From Lachnospiraceae bacterium UBA7060 (GTDB lineage Bacteria > Bacillota > Clostridia > Lachnospirales > Lachnospiraceae): DNA of 64,000 nt. The notes under the pieces were generated by a model, which did no database searches, was not told the DNA's origin, and saw nothing but the letters and a program-made list of their open reading frames with translations. Made by a program: the position numbers and the translations under genes. The stretch covers positions 375 through 64,374 of the forward strand of contig DLAA01000017.1 in assembly GCA_002493835.1 (NCBI GenBank). The letters are read 5' to 3'. Below, piece after piece: positions 46,525-55,662 of this stretch; positions within the stretch are counted from its first letter, which is position 1, and every line of letters starts with the position of its first letter.

Positions 46525-48510
46525 ATGGCCATGGCATCAAATGATTATACAGCGGCGTTAAAGCAGGGGCGGCGCAGTTATCGGGCGGCGCTCACTAAGG
46601 GCGAATATCCTTATCTTCCAGTACTGGATGATATGATATCTTATACCGAGGTGGGAGGAATCGAAAATCTGGGAGTAATGGATATACCATTGTCCAAGAT
46701 TGTGGGAACAAAGACAGCAGGACGTTCTAACGCATTTGCAAATAATTTTATGCCGCTTCTCCCGGAGAGTTCTGAGTTTGGTGCAAAGTGGTCAAGGCTG
46801 TATGATCATCAGATTAAGGACGGGATCAGCGATCCAATTATAGCGTTTGAATTTATGAATCAGTTTTATGTGCAGGAAGGTAATAAGCGTGTCAGCGTTA
46901 TGAAGTATTTGAAAACTTATAAAATTCCTGCAACGGTTACCAGGCTGGTGCCAAAGAAGGCAGATGATGCGGAAAATCGCTTGTATTATGAATTCCTGGA
47001 TTTTTATGCGTTATCAAAAAGCTATGATGTCTGCTTTTCTAAAGAGGGGAGCTATAAAAAATTAGTAAAGCTCATGGGGAAGAAGCCGGATGAAGTTTGG
47101 AGCGACGATGACAGAATGAATCTGCAGTCTGCCTGCATTAATTTTGAGATGGCATTTAACAAGGCGCACGGGGATAAATTAGAATTGAATGTTTCTGATG
47201 CGTTCCTGATTTATGTGGAGATATATGGGTATGATAAGGTGATAGAACAGTCAGAACAGGAGATCAGCCGTTCTCTCCAGAAAATGTGGACGGAAATTAC
47301 ACTCGCCGGGCAGGGCAGCCAGGTGGAGCTTGTGCGTGATCCTGAGCAGATAAAGTCTACGCTTTTCAATAAACTGCTTACAGCAGGAATTCCGGATTCT
47401 CTGAAAATAGCATTTATCTATATGAAGACGACGGATACTTCCAGCTGGGCATATGCGCATGAACTGGGCAGGCAGTATTTGGAGCAGACATTTGCAGGCA
47501 AAATAGAGACAATGGCTTTTGACAGGGCAGATACAGATGAGGAAGTGGAGTCGGCCATTGACCAGGCAGTTGAGGCGGGATGTGAGTTGATCTTTACGAC
47601 AGCGACACAGATGGTAAATCAGAGTGTACGCTCCGCTATTAAATATCCAAAAGTAAAAATTTATAACTGTTCCATTAAGATGTCCTATTCCTCGATTTGT
47701 ACGTATTACGCGAGAATGTATGAATCCAAGTTTTTGATGGGCGCCATCGCGGCGGCGTTGTCTCGAACTGACAGGCTCGGTTATGTTGCGGATTATCCGA
47801 TTTACGGAACGCTGGCAAATATCAACGCATTCGCTCTGGGCGCCAAAATGATAAATCCTTATGTGCAGGTTCATCTGGAATGGACGAAGATCAAAGGGGT
47901 TAACGCCAAGGAGAGATTGAAACAGGAGGGGATTGTTTTTGTCTCTGACAGCGATATGATCACTCCTGAGAAGGCTTCCAGAGAATATGGTCTCTATGTG
48001 GAAAAGGAGGATGGAACGCTCGAAAATCTGGCGACTCCAATCTGGGACTGGGGGAAATTTTATGAACGGATAGTCAAAAATATTTTCAGCGGCGGTGGTA
48101 CTGAGGCGGATGTGCAGAAAGGGAAAAAGGCTGTCAATTATTGGTGGGGGATGTCGGCGAATGTCATAGATGTTATCTGTTCTAAGTCCATGCCTCACGG
48201 AACCAACAGGCTGATCGAATTTTTGAAAAATTCGATACGAGCAGGGGCGTTCCATCCTTTTGACGGCCCAATTTATGGACAGGGAGGTGTTTTGCAGTGC
48301 AAAGCAGGAGAGACTCTGTCAGCGGACGCGATTATCACCATGGATTGGCTGGCGGAGAATGTGGTGGGAAGAATTCCCAAGGTAGAAGAACTCACGGAGG
48401 ATGCTCAAACACTTGTAGAGTTTCAAGGGATCAAAGAAGATGAATCCGGTACAGAGAAAAATGGAAATGTTCAGTCCAGCGCATCGGAAGAAAATGGAGA
48501 GCTCGGATGA
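46525..48510 (+). CDS. Fusion of a ParB/Srx-like N-terminal domain and a BMP (nucleoside-binding) domain; no signal peptide
   Basis: IPLSKIVGT...DPI....FYVQEGNKRVSV resembles ParB-N/DUF4032; the C-terminal half has SWAYAHELGR, LGYVADYP, INAFALGA and WDWGKFY BMP motifs. Confidence 0.75.
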   Translation: MAMASNDYTAALKQGRRSYRAALTKGEYPYLPVLDDMISYTEVGGIENLGVMDIPLSKIVGTKTAGRSNAFANNFMPLLPESSEFGAKWSRLYDHQIKDGISDPIIAFEFMNQFYVQEGNKRVSVMKYLKTYKIPATVTRLVPKKADDAENRLYYEFLDFYALSKSYDVCFSKEGSYKKLVKLMGKKPDEVWSDDDRMNLQSACINFEMAFNKAHGDKLELNVSDAFLIYVEIYGYDKVIEQSEQEISRSLQKMWTEITLAGQGSQVELVRDPEQIKSTLFNKLLTAGIPDSLKIAFIYMKTTDTSSWAYAHELGRQYLEQTFAGKIETMAFDRADTDEEVESAIDQAVEAGCELIFTTATQMVNQSVRSAIKYPKVKIYNCSIKMSYSSICTYYARMYESKFLMGAIAAALSRTDRLGYVADYPIYGTLANINAFALGAKMINPYVQVHLEWTKIKGVNAKERLKQEGIVFVSDSDMITPEKASREYGLYVEKEDGTLENLATPIWDWGKFYERIVKNIFSGGGTEADVQKGKKAVNYWWGMSANVIDVICSKSMPHGTNRLIEFLKNSIRAGAFHPFDGPIYGQGGVLQCKAGETLSADAIITMDWLAENVVGRIPKVEELTEDAQTLVEFQGIKEDESGTEKNGNVQSSASEENGELG

Positions 48511-49106
48511 AGATTTTAGTGCTTGCTGACCAGAAATCTAAATATCTGTATGATTTCTATGAGCCGGAGAAATTGGAGGATATCGACCTCATTATTTCCT
48601 GTGGGGATTTATCGCCGACATATCTTTCTTTTTTTGTTACCCTTTGCAATGTACCGCTGCTCTATGTTCGAGGCAATCATGACGGAAGATATGAAAAGAC
48701 GCCGCCGGAAGGATGCATATGCATAGAGGATGATATTTATGTGCATAATGGAGTCCGTATTTTGGGGCTGGGCGGTTCCATGGAGTATATACCGGGAGCG
48801 GGCAATCAGTATTCTGAGCAGAAGATGAGAAGGCGGGTCAGAAAACTGAAATTAAAACTGTGGCGAAAAAAGGGTTTTGATATCCTGGTGACTCATGCCC
48901 CGGCGTATCAGATCAATGACCTGACAGATCTGCCTCATCGGGGATTTGAGATTTTTCGGACGCTGATGGAGCGGTATGAACCTAAATTTTTCTTTCATGG
49001 GCATGTGCATGCCAATTATGGCAGAGGGTTTAAGAGGACAGATACCTATAAAAAGACAACGATTGTGAACGGATATGAATATTACATTGTTGAATATCCG
49101 GACTAG
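48507..49106 (+). CDS. Calcineurin-like metallophosphoesterase
   Basis: LAD, SCGDL, VRGNHD, VTHAP, HGHVH; ATGA overlap with the upstream gene. Confidence 0.9.
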   Translation: MKILVLADQKSKYLYDFYEPEKLEDIDLIISCGDLSPTYLSFFVTLCNVPLLYVRGNHDGRYEKTPPEGCICIEDDIYVHNGVRILGLGGSMEYIPGAGNQYSEQKMRRRVRKLKLKLWRKKGFDILVTHAPAYQINDLTDLPHRGFEIFRTLMERYEPKFFFHGHVHANYGRGFKRTDTYKKTTIVNGYEYYIVEYPD

Positions 49107-49168
49107 AGCGTTTTGGGATGGATCTCTCATCGCCTTTTTACAATAATTACTCAGAAACGAGGATTGGT

Positions 49169-49753
49169 ATGAGAAAAATAGATAAAATAAGTTTGCTTTT
49201 TATTGTGGCAGCCGCCTTATTAACTGGCTGTGCCGGGACGACTGAGAAAGAAAAAGTGGAAAGCACTGTTACCCAGGAGGCAGAGAAAATGCCAGCTTCT
49301 AAGGGGGAAACGGCTGCGGCTTCCACCACTTTCGAGGCACAGGATATAGAGGGAAACGCGGTTTCATCGACCATTTTCTCAGAGGCGAAGCTCACGATGG
49401 TGAATGTGTGGGCAACTTACTGTAATCCCTGTCTGAGGGAGATGCCGGGGCTTGGCGAGCTGGCAGAGGAATATGAGCCAGAGACTTTTCAGATCATCGG
49501 GATTATCAGTGATGTGCAGGAGGGGGCAGATCAGGAGACGTTGGATCTCGCGTCAGCGCTGATTGAGCAGACAGGAGCGGGTTACACACATCTGCTTTTG
49601 AACGAATCATTGTATTTGTCGCTTCTTTCTGATGTAACAGCAGTTCCGACCACTTTTTTTATTGACGAAAATGGCACGGTTTTGGACACCGTGATCGGCT
49701 CTATGGAAAAATCGGCGTGGGAGGAAAAAATTAATGGATTTTTGGAAGAATAG
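49169..49753 (+). CDS. TlpA-family thiol-disulfide oxidoreductase lipoprotein
   Basis: Lipobox LLTGC; NVWATYCNPCLREMP; cis-Pro VPTTFFID. Confidence 0.9.
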   Translation: MRKIDKISLLFIVAAALLTGCAGTTEKEKVESTVTQEAEKMPASKGETAAASTTFEAQDIEGNAVSSTIFSEAKLTMVNVWATYCNPCLREMPGLGELAEEYEPETFQIIGIISDVQEGADQETLDLASALIEQTGAGYTHLLLNESLYLSLLSDVTAVPTTFFIDENGTVLDTVIGSMEKSAWEEKINGFLEE

Positions 49754-49886
49754 AGAAAAAATGGCATGGGTGTGGGGAACATTAGCTGGATTTCTGCTTC
49801 TGGGCATCGGGGCGGTACAAAATGACTTTTCTGTCATATGGAAAAAAGCGGTGATGATCTGCATGGAATGTATTGGAATTGGGTGA
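49734..49886 (+). CDS. Small CD1871A-type CXXC membrane peptide (50 aa; absent from the ORF track)
   Basis: MDFWKNREKMAWVWGTLAGFLLLGIGAVQNDFSVIWKKAVMICMECIGIG*; the KA..IC.ECIGIG terminus is the family signature; RBS GGGAGG. Confidence 0.85.
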   Translation: MDFWKNREKMAWVWGTLAGFLLLGIGAVQNDFSVIWKKAVMICMECIGIG

Positions 49887-49890
49887 ATAG

Positions 49891-50718
49891 ATGAAGAGAC
49901 TGCGGCTGACGGTACAACTCCTCTTTACGATTTTGAGTAATGGCTATCTGTATGGTTTCCTGCATGGGAAAATATATCAGGGAAATTTGAAATATGCCTG
50001 TGTTCCGGGGTTAAACTGTTATTCTTGTCCCGGGGCTGTCGCTTCCTGCCCAATCGGAGCGCTGCAGGCTTTACTAAATCGCCAAGGGTTCCGGGTTCCT
50101 TTTGGGGCACTTGGTTTTTTCTTTGTAATTGGCAGTCTTTTGGGACGCTTTGTCTGTGGATGGCTGTGTCCCTTTGGATTAGCTCAGGATTTGCTGCATA
50201 AGATTCCTGTTTTCCGCAAAAGGAAGAGACTGCCTTTTCATTCTGTCCTGAAATACGGAAAGTATATTGCTTTGTTTTTTTTAGTATGCATTGGCTCCGC
50301 TTTTTTGTTTGGCGGTTATGCCAAGGTACCGGCGTTTTGTAAATATTTATGCCCCTCCGGCACACTGTTTGGCGCCATACCGCTCCTTGCAGCAAATGAA
50401 TCACTTCGCGGGCAGATCGGAGGGCTGTTTTATTGGAAATTGGGGATACTGCTTTTGGTCATTCTTCTTTCCATAAAGGTGTATCGTCCTTTTTGCCAGT
50501 ATTTGTGTCCACTGGGGGCAATTTACGGTTTTTTTAACCGCTTCAGCCTTGTACAGATCCATTGGAAGGAAGAGCAGTGTATTGCCTGCATGGCGTGTGA
50601 GAAGGCGTGTCCGGTGGCACTTTCCCGGGATGAAATTTCCCGTTCGCCGGAATGTATACGGTGCGGCAGATGCGTGGAGGTGTGTCCGGGAAACTGTTTA
50701 TCCTGGCGGCCGCGTTGA
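49891..50718 (+). CDS. 4Fe-4S-binding polyferredoxin membrane protein (NapH/MauN-like)
   Basis: CVPGLNCYSCP, CGWLCPFG, FCKYLCP and two CxxCxxCxxxCP motifs. Confidence 0.9.
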   Translation: MKRLRLTVQLLFTILSNGYLYGFLHGKIYQGNLKYACVPGLNCYSCPGAVASCPIGALQALLNRQGFRVPFGALGFFFVIGSLLGRFVCGWLCPFGLAQDLLHKIPVFRKRKRLPFHSVLKYGKYIALFFLVCIGSAFLFGGYAKVPAFCKYLCPSGTLFGAIPLLAANESLRGQIGGLFYWKLGILLLVILLSIKVYRPFCQYLCPLGAIYGFFNRFSLVQIHWKEEQCIACMACEKACPVALSRDEISRSPECIRCGRCVEVCPGNCLSWRPR

Positions 50719-50845
50719 ATGCAGTCAAAGACGGAACGAGGGAGTATTCCCATGGGAAACTATTCCTTCGGGAAACTCCAGATTTTTGACGCTTGTCGCT
50801 GCAGTAGACTGTTTTGACATGGAGGACTAGATAAGGATTAGTGTT

Positions 50846-51373
50846 ATGATACATTTATATACAGGTGATGGAAAAGGGAAAACTACCGCAGCTGTGGGAC
50901 TTTGCATGCGGGCTGCAGGATGGGACAGGCAGGTATGTTTTGCCCAGTTTATGAAGGGGAATGATTCGGGAGAGCTCCACATACTGAAAAAGCTGGAGAA
51001 TATCACTGTCCTGCGCAGTGAAAGAAATTATGGCTTTTATCATTCCATGTCGGAGTCCGACAAGAAGGCGGTTTTGGCAGTACACAACCGTATTTTGGAG
51101 GGAATTTTGGAGCTGTTGGAAAATGAAAGCTGCCATATAGTGATTCTGGATGAAGTTACCTATCCAGTGAAATGGAATTTGCTAGACAGAGAAAAGCTGG
51201 AGCGGATTCTAGGATTTGGCAGACCGGGAGCAGGGCAGGAGATTGAGATTGTGCTCACCGGGCGGAATGCGGAAGATTTTCTAATAGATGCGTCTGATTA
51301 TGTCACAGAGATGAAGTGCGTGCGCCATCCCTATGAACAGGGGATTGGGGCTAGAGAAGGAATAGAATTTTAA
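50846..51373 (+). CDS. cobO: Cob(I)yrinic acid a,c-diamide adenosyltransferase (CobO/BtuR type)
   Basis: YTGDGKGKTTAAVG, QFMKG, ILDE, VLTGR, GIEF. Confidence 0.93.
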   Translation: MIHLYTGDGKGKTTAAVGLCMRAAGWDRQVCFAQFMKGNDSGELHILKKLENITVLRSERNYGFYHSMSESDKKAVLAVHNRILEGILELLENESCHIVILDEVTYPVKWNLLDREKLERILGFGRPGAGQEIEIVLTGRNAEDFLIDASDYVTEMKCVRHPYEQGIGAREGIEF

Positions 51374-51393
51374 GGCAGGGAAGGGATTGTAAA

Positions 51394-52089
51394 ATGGCAA
51401 ATTTTTTTCCCGAGTTACTGGAACGCTTTTCAGGGGCGGAGTTTTTGAAGGGAGTGCGTGAAAAGTATCATTATGGGGAAGAGCAGACGGAGGAGCTGCA
51501 AAGAGTGGCAAAGGAGATGCTGCCCCTATTGCGCCGGGAGGCATTTTGGGAAAGAAAAGATCTTTCTTCAGAAGACAAGCTGCAAATTGGGAACGGCGTG
51601 GAGGCGACTCATGAGAAAGTTGTGATTTCTCTTGGAAGCGGGATAGATGACCTGCAGGAAAGCTATAACGAAAAAGAGATGCTTTCCCAAAGTTATATGA
51701 TCGAGGTGCTGGCAAGTGAGGTTTTACTGCAAAGCTATGAGATTTATAACCGCTATGTCAGAGAGCACACAGAAACGCATGTTGCCAGGTATTATTTCCC
51801 TGGCAGTGATGAGGCGTTTTCGATTGTGGTGCTTCCAGAGCTATTAAGCGGGCTGACAGACAAGGTTACCTGTAATACGGCTTTTTGCATGCGGCCCAAA
51901 AAGAGCGTGGTCTTTGTCTCCGAGTTGACAAAGGATGAAACGGTGCACTGCCGCGGCGTATGTTTTGGCTGCAACAGTCTGCACTGCCAAAACCGGATGG
52001 AGGATGACTCCGGAAGGGGGCGTATGATAGCGAAAATGGCGGACCTGCCTTTGACCTATGGATACAGTAGAATTTTGGGGAGGCTGTAG
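51394..52089 (+). CDS. Methionine-synthase B12 reactivation-domain-like protein
   Basis: ISLGSGID, YFPG, MRPKKSV and a CxGCxxxxCxxR tail; cob context. Confidence 0.6.
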   Translation: MANFFPELLERFSGAEFLKGVREKYHYGEEQTEELQRVAKEMLPLLRREAFWERKDLSSEDKLQIGNGVEATHEKVVISLGSGIDDLQESYNEKEMLSQSYMIEVLASEVLLQSYEIYNRYVREHTETHVARYYFPGSDEAFSIVVLPELLSGLTDKVTCNTAFCMRPKKSVVFVSELTKDETVHCRGVCFGCNSLHCQNRMEDDSGRGRMIAKMADLPLTYGYSRILGRL

Positions 52090-52097
52090 AGTGGGTA

Positions 52098-52125
52098 TTG
52101 ACATGATATCACAATATGATATACT
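52098..52125 (+). promoter_or_regulatory. Sigma-A promoter of the cobalamin operon
   Basis: TTGACA-16 bp-TATACT with an extended -10 TG. Confidence 0.7.
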
Positions 52126-52169
52126 TTGAATCAGTTGCAACTATAAAATAGAGAAATAGATACAATTGC

Positions 52170-52356
52170 ATATATAACATACAGGTGTCAAAACAACGCG
52201 TTAAATTTGCGTTGGTTTTGGTGAAAAGGGAAACAGGTGCAAATCCTGTACGAACTCGTCACCGTAATCAGGGAGTTTAGGCCGATATGCCACTGGGAAA
52301 CCGGGAAGGCGGCCGACATGATGATCTGTAAGCCGGGAGACCTGCCTGCATGTTGT
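52170..52356 (+). ncRNA. Cobalamin (B12) riboswitch
   Basis: AGGTG...AAAAGGGAAACAGGTGCAAATCCTGT...GCCACTGGGAAACCGGGAAGGC...AGCCGGGAGACCTGCC B12-box; P1 AACATACAGG/CCTGCATGTT. Confidence 0.95.
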
Positions 52357-52456
52357 ACGGAAACGTTTGTTTCAGACCACGAGTAACTGGTTGTACGTAC
52401 AAGTCTGCAGAAGGATTTCTTTTATGGAAATATTCTGTGGCTTTGTGTTGCATGAC

Positions 52457-52508
52457 AATCCTTTACCGTTTGTAGGATCAAACTTACATTGGGTAAAGGA
52501 TTTTTTTT
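52457..52508 (+). terminator. Riboswitch attenuator terminator upstream of cbiK
   Basis: AATCCTTTACC...GGTAAAGGATT followed by a T-run, lying between the aptamer and the RBS. Confidence 0.8.
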
Positions 52509-52547
52509 ATGGGCTGGCAGAATATGTCAGTCGGAATGGAGGAGGAT

Positions 52548-54449
52548 ATGAGAAAACGAATAACAGCAGTATGGATGACCGCATTGATATTGGCTGCTTG
52601 TGGTTCGGGCTGTGGGAGTTCGGATATGCAAAAGGAGGCAGCAGACACGGTGGCGGCCCTGATTGATGCGATCTATGTGCAGGAGAGGACGGACAAGACA
52701 GACGAACAGTGCGCGGCGGCTAAAGAAGCTTGGGATGCGCTGACGGACGAACAGAAGGAGATGGTTGAGGGAGAAAATGCTGACCCGGATTACTTTGGCA
52801 GGGATACTGGCGATGCCTCCAAAGACGATCCCCGCAATCAGGACGATATCGGGGAGAATGAGATTCTGGTGGTCAGCTTTGGCACTTCCTTTAACGACAG
52901 CAGAGTGATGGACATCAAGGGGATCGAGGATGCCATACAAGAGGAGAACCCGGATTGGTCTGTGAGAAGGGCATTTACAGCACAGATTATCATTAATCAT
53001 ATACAGGCGCGGGACGGCGAATTGATTGACAATATGGATCAGGCGCTGGAGCGTTCAGTGGCAAACGGCGTGAAGAATTTGGTGATTCAGCCCACACATT
53101 TGATGCATGGCGCTGAGTATGATGAGCTGACGGAGGCGGTGGAAGCTTACCGGGATCAATTTGAAACAGTAAGGATTGCAGAACCGCTTCTCGGGGAAGT
53201 TGGCACGGATGCGACGGTGATCAATGCAGATAAGGAAGAAGTGGCAAAGGAAATTACCAGTGAAGCATTGAAGGATGCCGGGTATGATACGCTGGATACA
53301 GCGAAGGAAGATGGCGCGGCCTTTGTGTTTTTGGGGCACGGCACCTATCACACGGCGAAAGTTTCCTACAGCCAGATGCAGATCCAGATGGAGAAGCTTG
53401 GCTATGACAATATCTTCATCGGCACGGTGGAGGGAGATCCGGAGGAGACTGCGTGCGAGTCGGTTATGGAAACGATTGCGCAGGCTGGGTACAAAAAAGT
53501 AATTCTTCGTCCTTTCATGGTGGTGGCAGGTGATCATGCCAACAATGACATGGCTGGCGAGGACGAGGATTCCTGGCTGAGCGTGTTTCAGGCTTCCGGC
53601 AAGTTTGACAGTGTGGATGTGCAGATTTCCGGTATGGGTTCCATTTCGGCTATTCAGGAAATCTATGTGAAGCATGTAAGGGATGCGCTGGACATGGACG
53701 TGGAGGTGAGTTCGGTCAAGACGGCAGGTACGCTTTCCGATGGTACATATGAGGCAGAGTTTACGACAGACAGCAGTATGTTTCATGTCAGTGAGGCGTG
53801 TGACGGTAAAGGCACGCTGACGGTGAAGAATGGAGAGATGACGATCCATATTTCGCTTGGGTCGAAAAATATTTTAAATCTTTATCCGGGGAAGGCGGCG
53901 GATGCGGAAAAGAAAGGGGCAGAGCTTTTAGAACCCACGACGGATACGGTTACCTACAGCGACGGTTTGACGGAGGAGGTTTATGGCTTTGATGTGCCGG
54001 TGCCTGCGCTCGATGCGGAGTTTGATTTGGCATTGATCGGAACAAAAGGAAAGTGGTACGACCACAAGGTGAAGGTTTCCTGCCCGGTGTCAGCGGGTGA
54101 CAGCGCGCAGGATAACAACGCAGGGATACAGGAGGACGGCATTTACAGCATGGATATCACCTTTGAGGGAGGGACAGGAAAGGCAAAGATACTGTCTCCG
54201 GTAAGAGTTGCCGTGGCAGGCGGGGAAGCGACAGCTGCTGTGCAGTGGAACAGTCCTAACTATGATTATATGGTGGTGAATGGTGAAAAGTATCTGCCGG
54301 TAAATACAGAAGGAGATTCTGTCTTTGAGATACCGGTGGCAGCTTTTGACAAGCCGCTCTTAGTTGTGGGAGATACTGTGGCGATGAGCAAACCTCACGA
54401 AGTGGAGTATACGATTACTTTCCACTCGGATACGGCGAAAAATGAATAA
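52548..54449 (+). CDS. cbiK: Lipoprotein CbiK cobaltochelatase fused to two NEAT-like/iron-transport beta domains
   Basis: Lipobox LAAC; VVSFGTS, RRAFT, QPTHLMHGAEY, FLGHGT, VVAGDHANNDMAG; C-terminal domains DGTY..SMF..WYDH and GGTGKA..YDYM..PHEVEY. Confidence 0.85.
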   Translation: MRKRITAVWMTALILAACGSGCGSSDMQKEAADTVAALIDAIYVQERTDKTDEQCAAAKEAWDALTDEQKEMVEGENADPDYFGRDTGDASKDDPRNQDDIGENEILVVSFGTSFNDSRVMDIKGIEDAIQEENPDWSVRRAFTAQIIINHIQARDGELIDNMDQALERSVANGVKNLVIQPTHLMHGAEYDELTEAVEAYRDQFETVRIAEPLLGEVGTDATVINADKEEVAKEITSEALKDAGYDTLDTAKEDGAAFVFLGHGTYHTAKVSYSQMQIQMEKLGYDNIFIGTVEGDPEETACESVMETIAQAGYKKVILRPFMVVAGDHANNDMAGEDEDSWLSVFQASGKFDSVDVQISGMGSISAIQEIYVKHVRDALDMDVEVSSVKTAGTLSDGTYEAEFTTDSSMFHVSEACDGKGTLTVKNGEMTIHISLGSKNILNLYPGKAADAEKKGAELLEPTTDTVTYSDGLTEEVYGFDVPVPALDAEFDLALIGTKGKWYDHKVKVSCPVSAGDSAQDNNAGIQEDGIYSMDITFEGGTGKAKILSPVRVAVAGGEATAAVQWNSPNYDYMVVNGEKYLPVNTEGDSVFEIPVAAFDKPLLVVGDTVAMSKPHEVEYTITFHSDTAKNE

Positions 54450-55653
54450 GACAACACGCGGGAAAAGATGGCTGTTTGTCCTATATGTGTTTGGACTGGC
54501 GTGGATATGTGGCTGCCGGTCCGAATGCCCAGGGTCGGAGACTGGAACTGTGCAGACGGAAGAGGAGACAGACACTTCGGAAAAGCCGTGTTTGGTTTAC
54601 GAGGGCAGCTTGAAATTACAGTATGCTCAAAATTTTACGGTAGATTATTACGAGGGTGGTTATACGCTTCTGACGACGACTATGGACAACGCGCGTTTTC
54701 TGCTTGTTCCGGAGGAAAAGGAGGTACCAGAAAGTACAGAACTGGCGGCCATAGACGGACAAGATGCGGAGAGGAAAATAGTTATCTTGAAGCGGCCCGT
54801 GACCAATATTTATTTGGTGGCTTCCGCGGCAATGGATAGTTTTGATGCTCTGGATGGATTGGGTGCGGTTTCGTTTTCCGGACAGAAGGAAGAGAATTGG
54901 TGTATCGAGGGAGCAAGACAGGCTATGGCAGATGGTGATATTCGTTATGCGGGCAAATATAGTAAGCCGGATTATGAGATGATAGTTTCTGGAAATTGTT
55001 CGCTGGCCATAGAGAATATGATGATATCCCACTCTCCGAAAGTAGTGGAGAAACTGGAGCAATTCGGGATTCCTGTTATGATTGAATATTCAAGCTACGA
55101 ATCTCATCCACTTGGCAGGGTAGAGTGGGTAAAATTTTACGGGGCACTGCTCGGAAAAGAAGCGGAGGCAGAGCGGATATTTGAGGAGCAGACGACTATT
55201 CTTGAGCGCGTAAGCGCGAAGGAGAAGACAGACAAAACGGTGGCATTCTTTTTCATAACCTCCAACGGACTGGTGCAGGTGCGGCAGTCCAATGATTATG
55301 TCCCCAAGATGATAGAGCTGGCAGGGGGAAAGTACATCTTTGAAAATCTGGGAGATCCCGAAACCAGGCGTTCCACCATGAACATGCAGGTAGAGGAATT
55401 CTACGCCGGGGCAAAGGATGCGGATTTTCTGATTTATAACAGTTCTATCGACGGCGGTGTTGCCGATGTGGCAGCGCTTCTTGATAAATGCGGTATTCTT
55501 GCGGATTTTAGGGCTGTGAAAGAAGGAAATGTATGGTGCACCACAAATGATATGTATCAGCAGTCATTGTCAACTGGGTATCTGATTGAGGATATTCATG
55601 GGATGCTGCAGGGAGAGCAGAAGGATATGCACTATCTTTTTCATCTCAAATGA
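54442..55653 (+). CDS. Corrinoid/iron-chelate ABC transporter substrate-binding protein
   Basis: YAQNFTVDYY, GKYSKPDYE, ESHPLGRVEWVK. Confidence 0.88.
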   Translation: MNKTTRGKRWLFVLYVFGLAWICGCRSECPGSETGTVQTEEETDTSEKPCLVYEGSLKLQYAQNFTVDYYEGGYTLLTTTMDNARFLLVPEEKEVPESTELAAIDGQDAERKIVILKRPVTNIYLVASAAMDSFDALDGLGAVSFSGQKEENWCIEGARQAMADGDIRYAGKYSKPDYEMIVSGNCSLAIENMMISHSPKVVEKLEQFGIPVMIEYSSYESHPLGRVEWVKFYGALLGKEAEAERIFEEQTTILERVSAKEKTDKTVAFFFITSNGLVQVRQSNDYVPKMIELAGGKYIFENLGDPETRRSTMNMQVEEFYAGAKDADFLIYNSSIDGGVADVAALLDKCGILADFRAVKEGNVWCTTNDMYQQSLSTGYLIEDIHGMLQGEQKDMHYLFHLK

Positions 55654-55662
55654 GGGGCCTTT

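Noticed and set aside
47251-48255. 334-aa antisense ORF (likewise 17788-18714, 24184-25017, 39630-40418, 53055-53849, 29033-29692)
   Set aside because: These lie entirely or almost entirely opposite well-supported genes and have no recognisable motifs; they are shadow ORFs.
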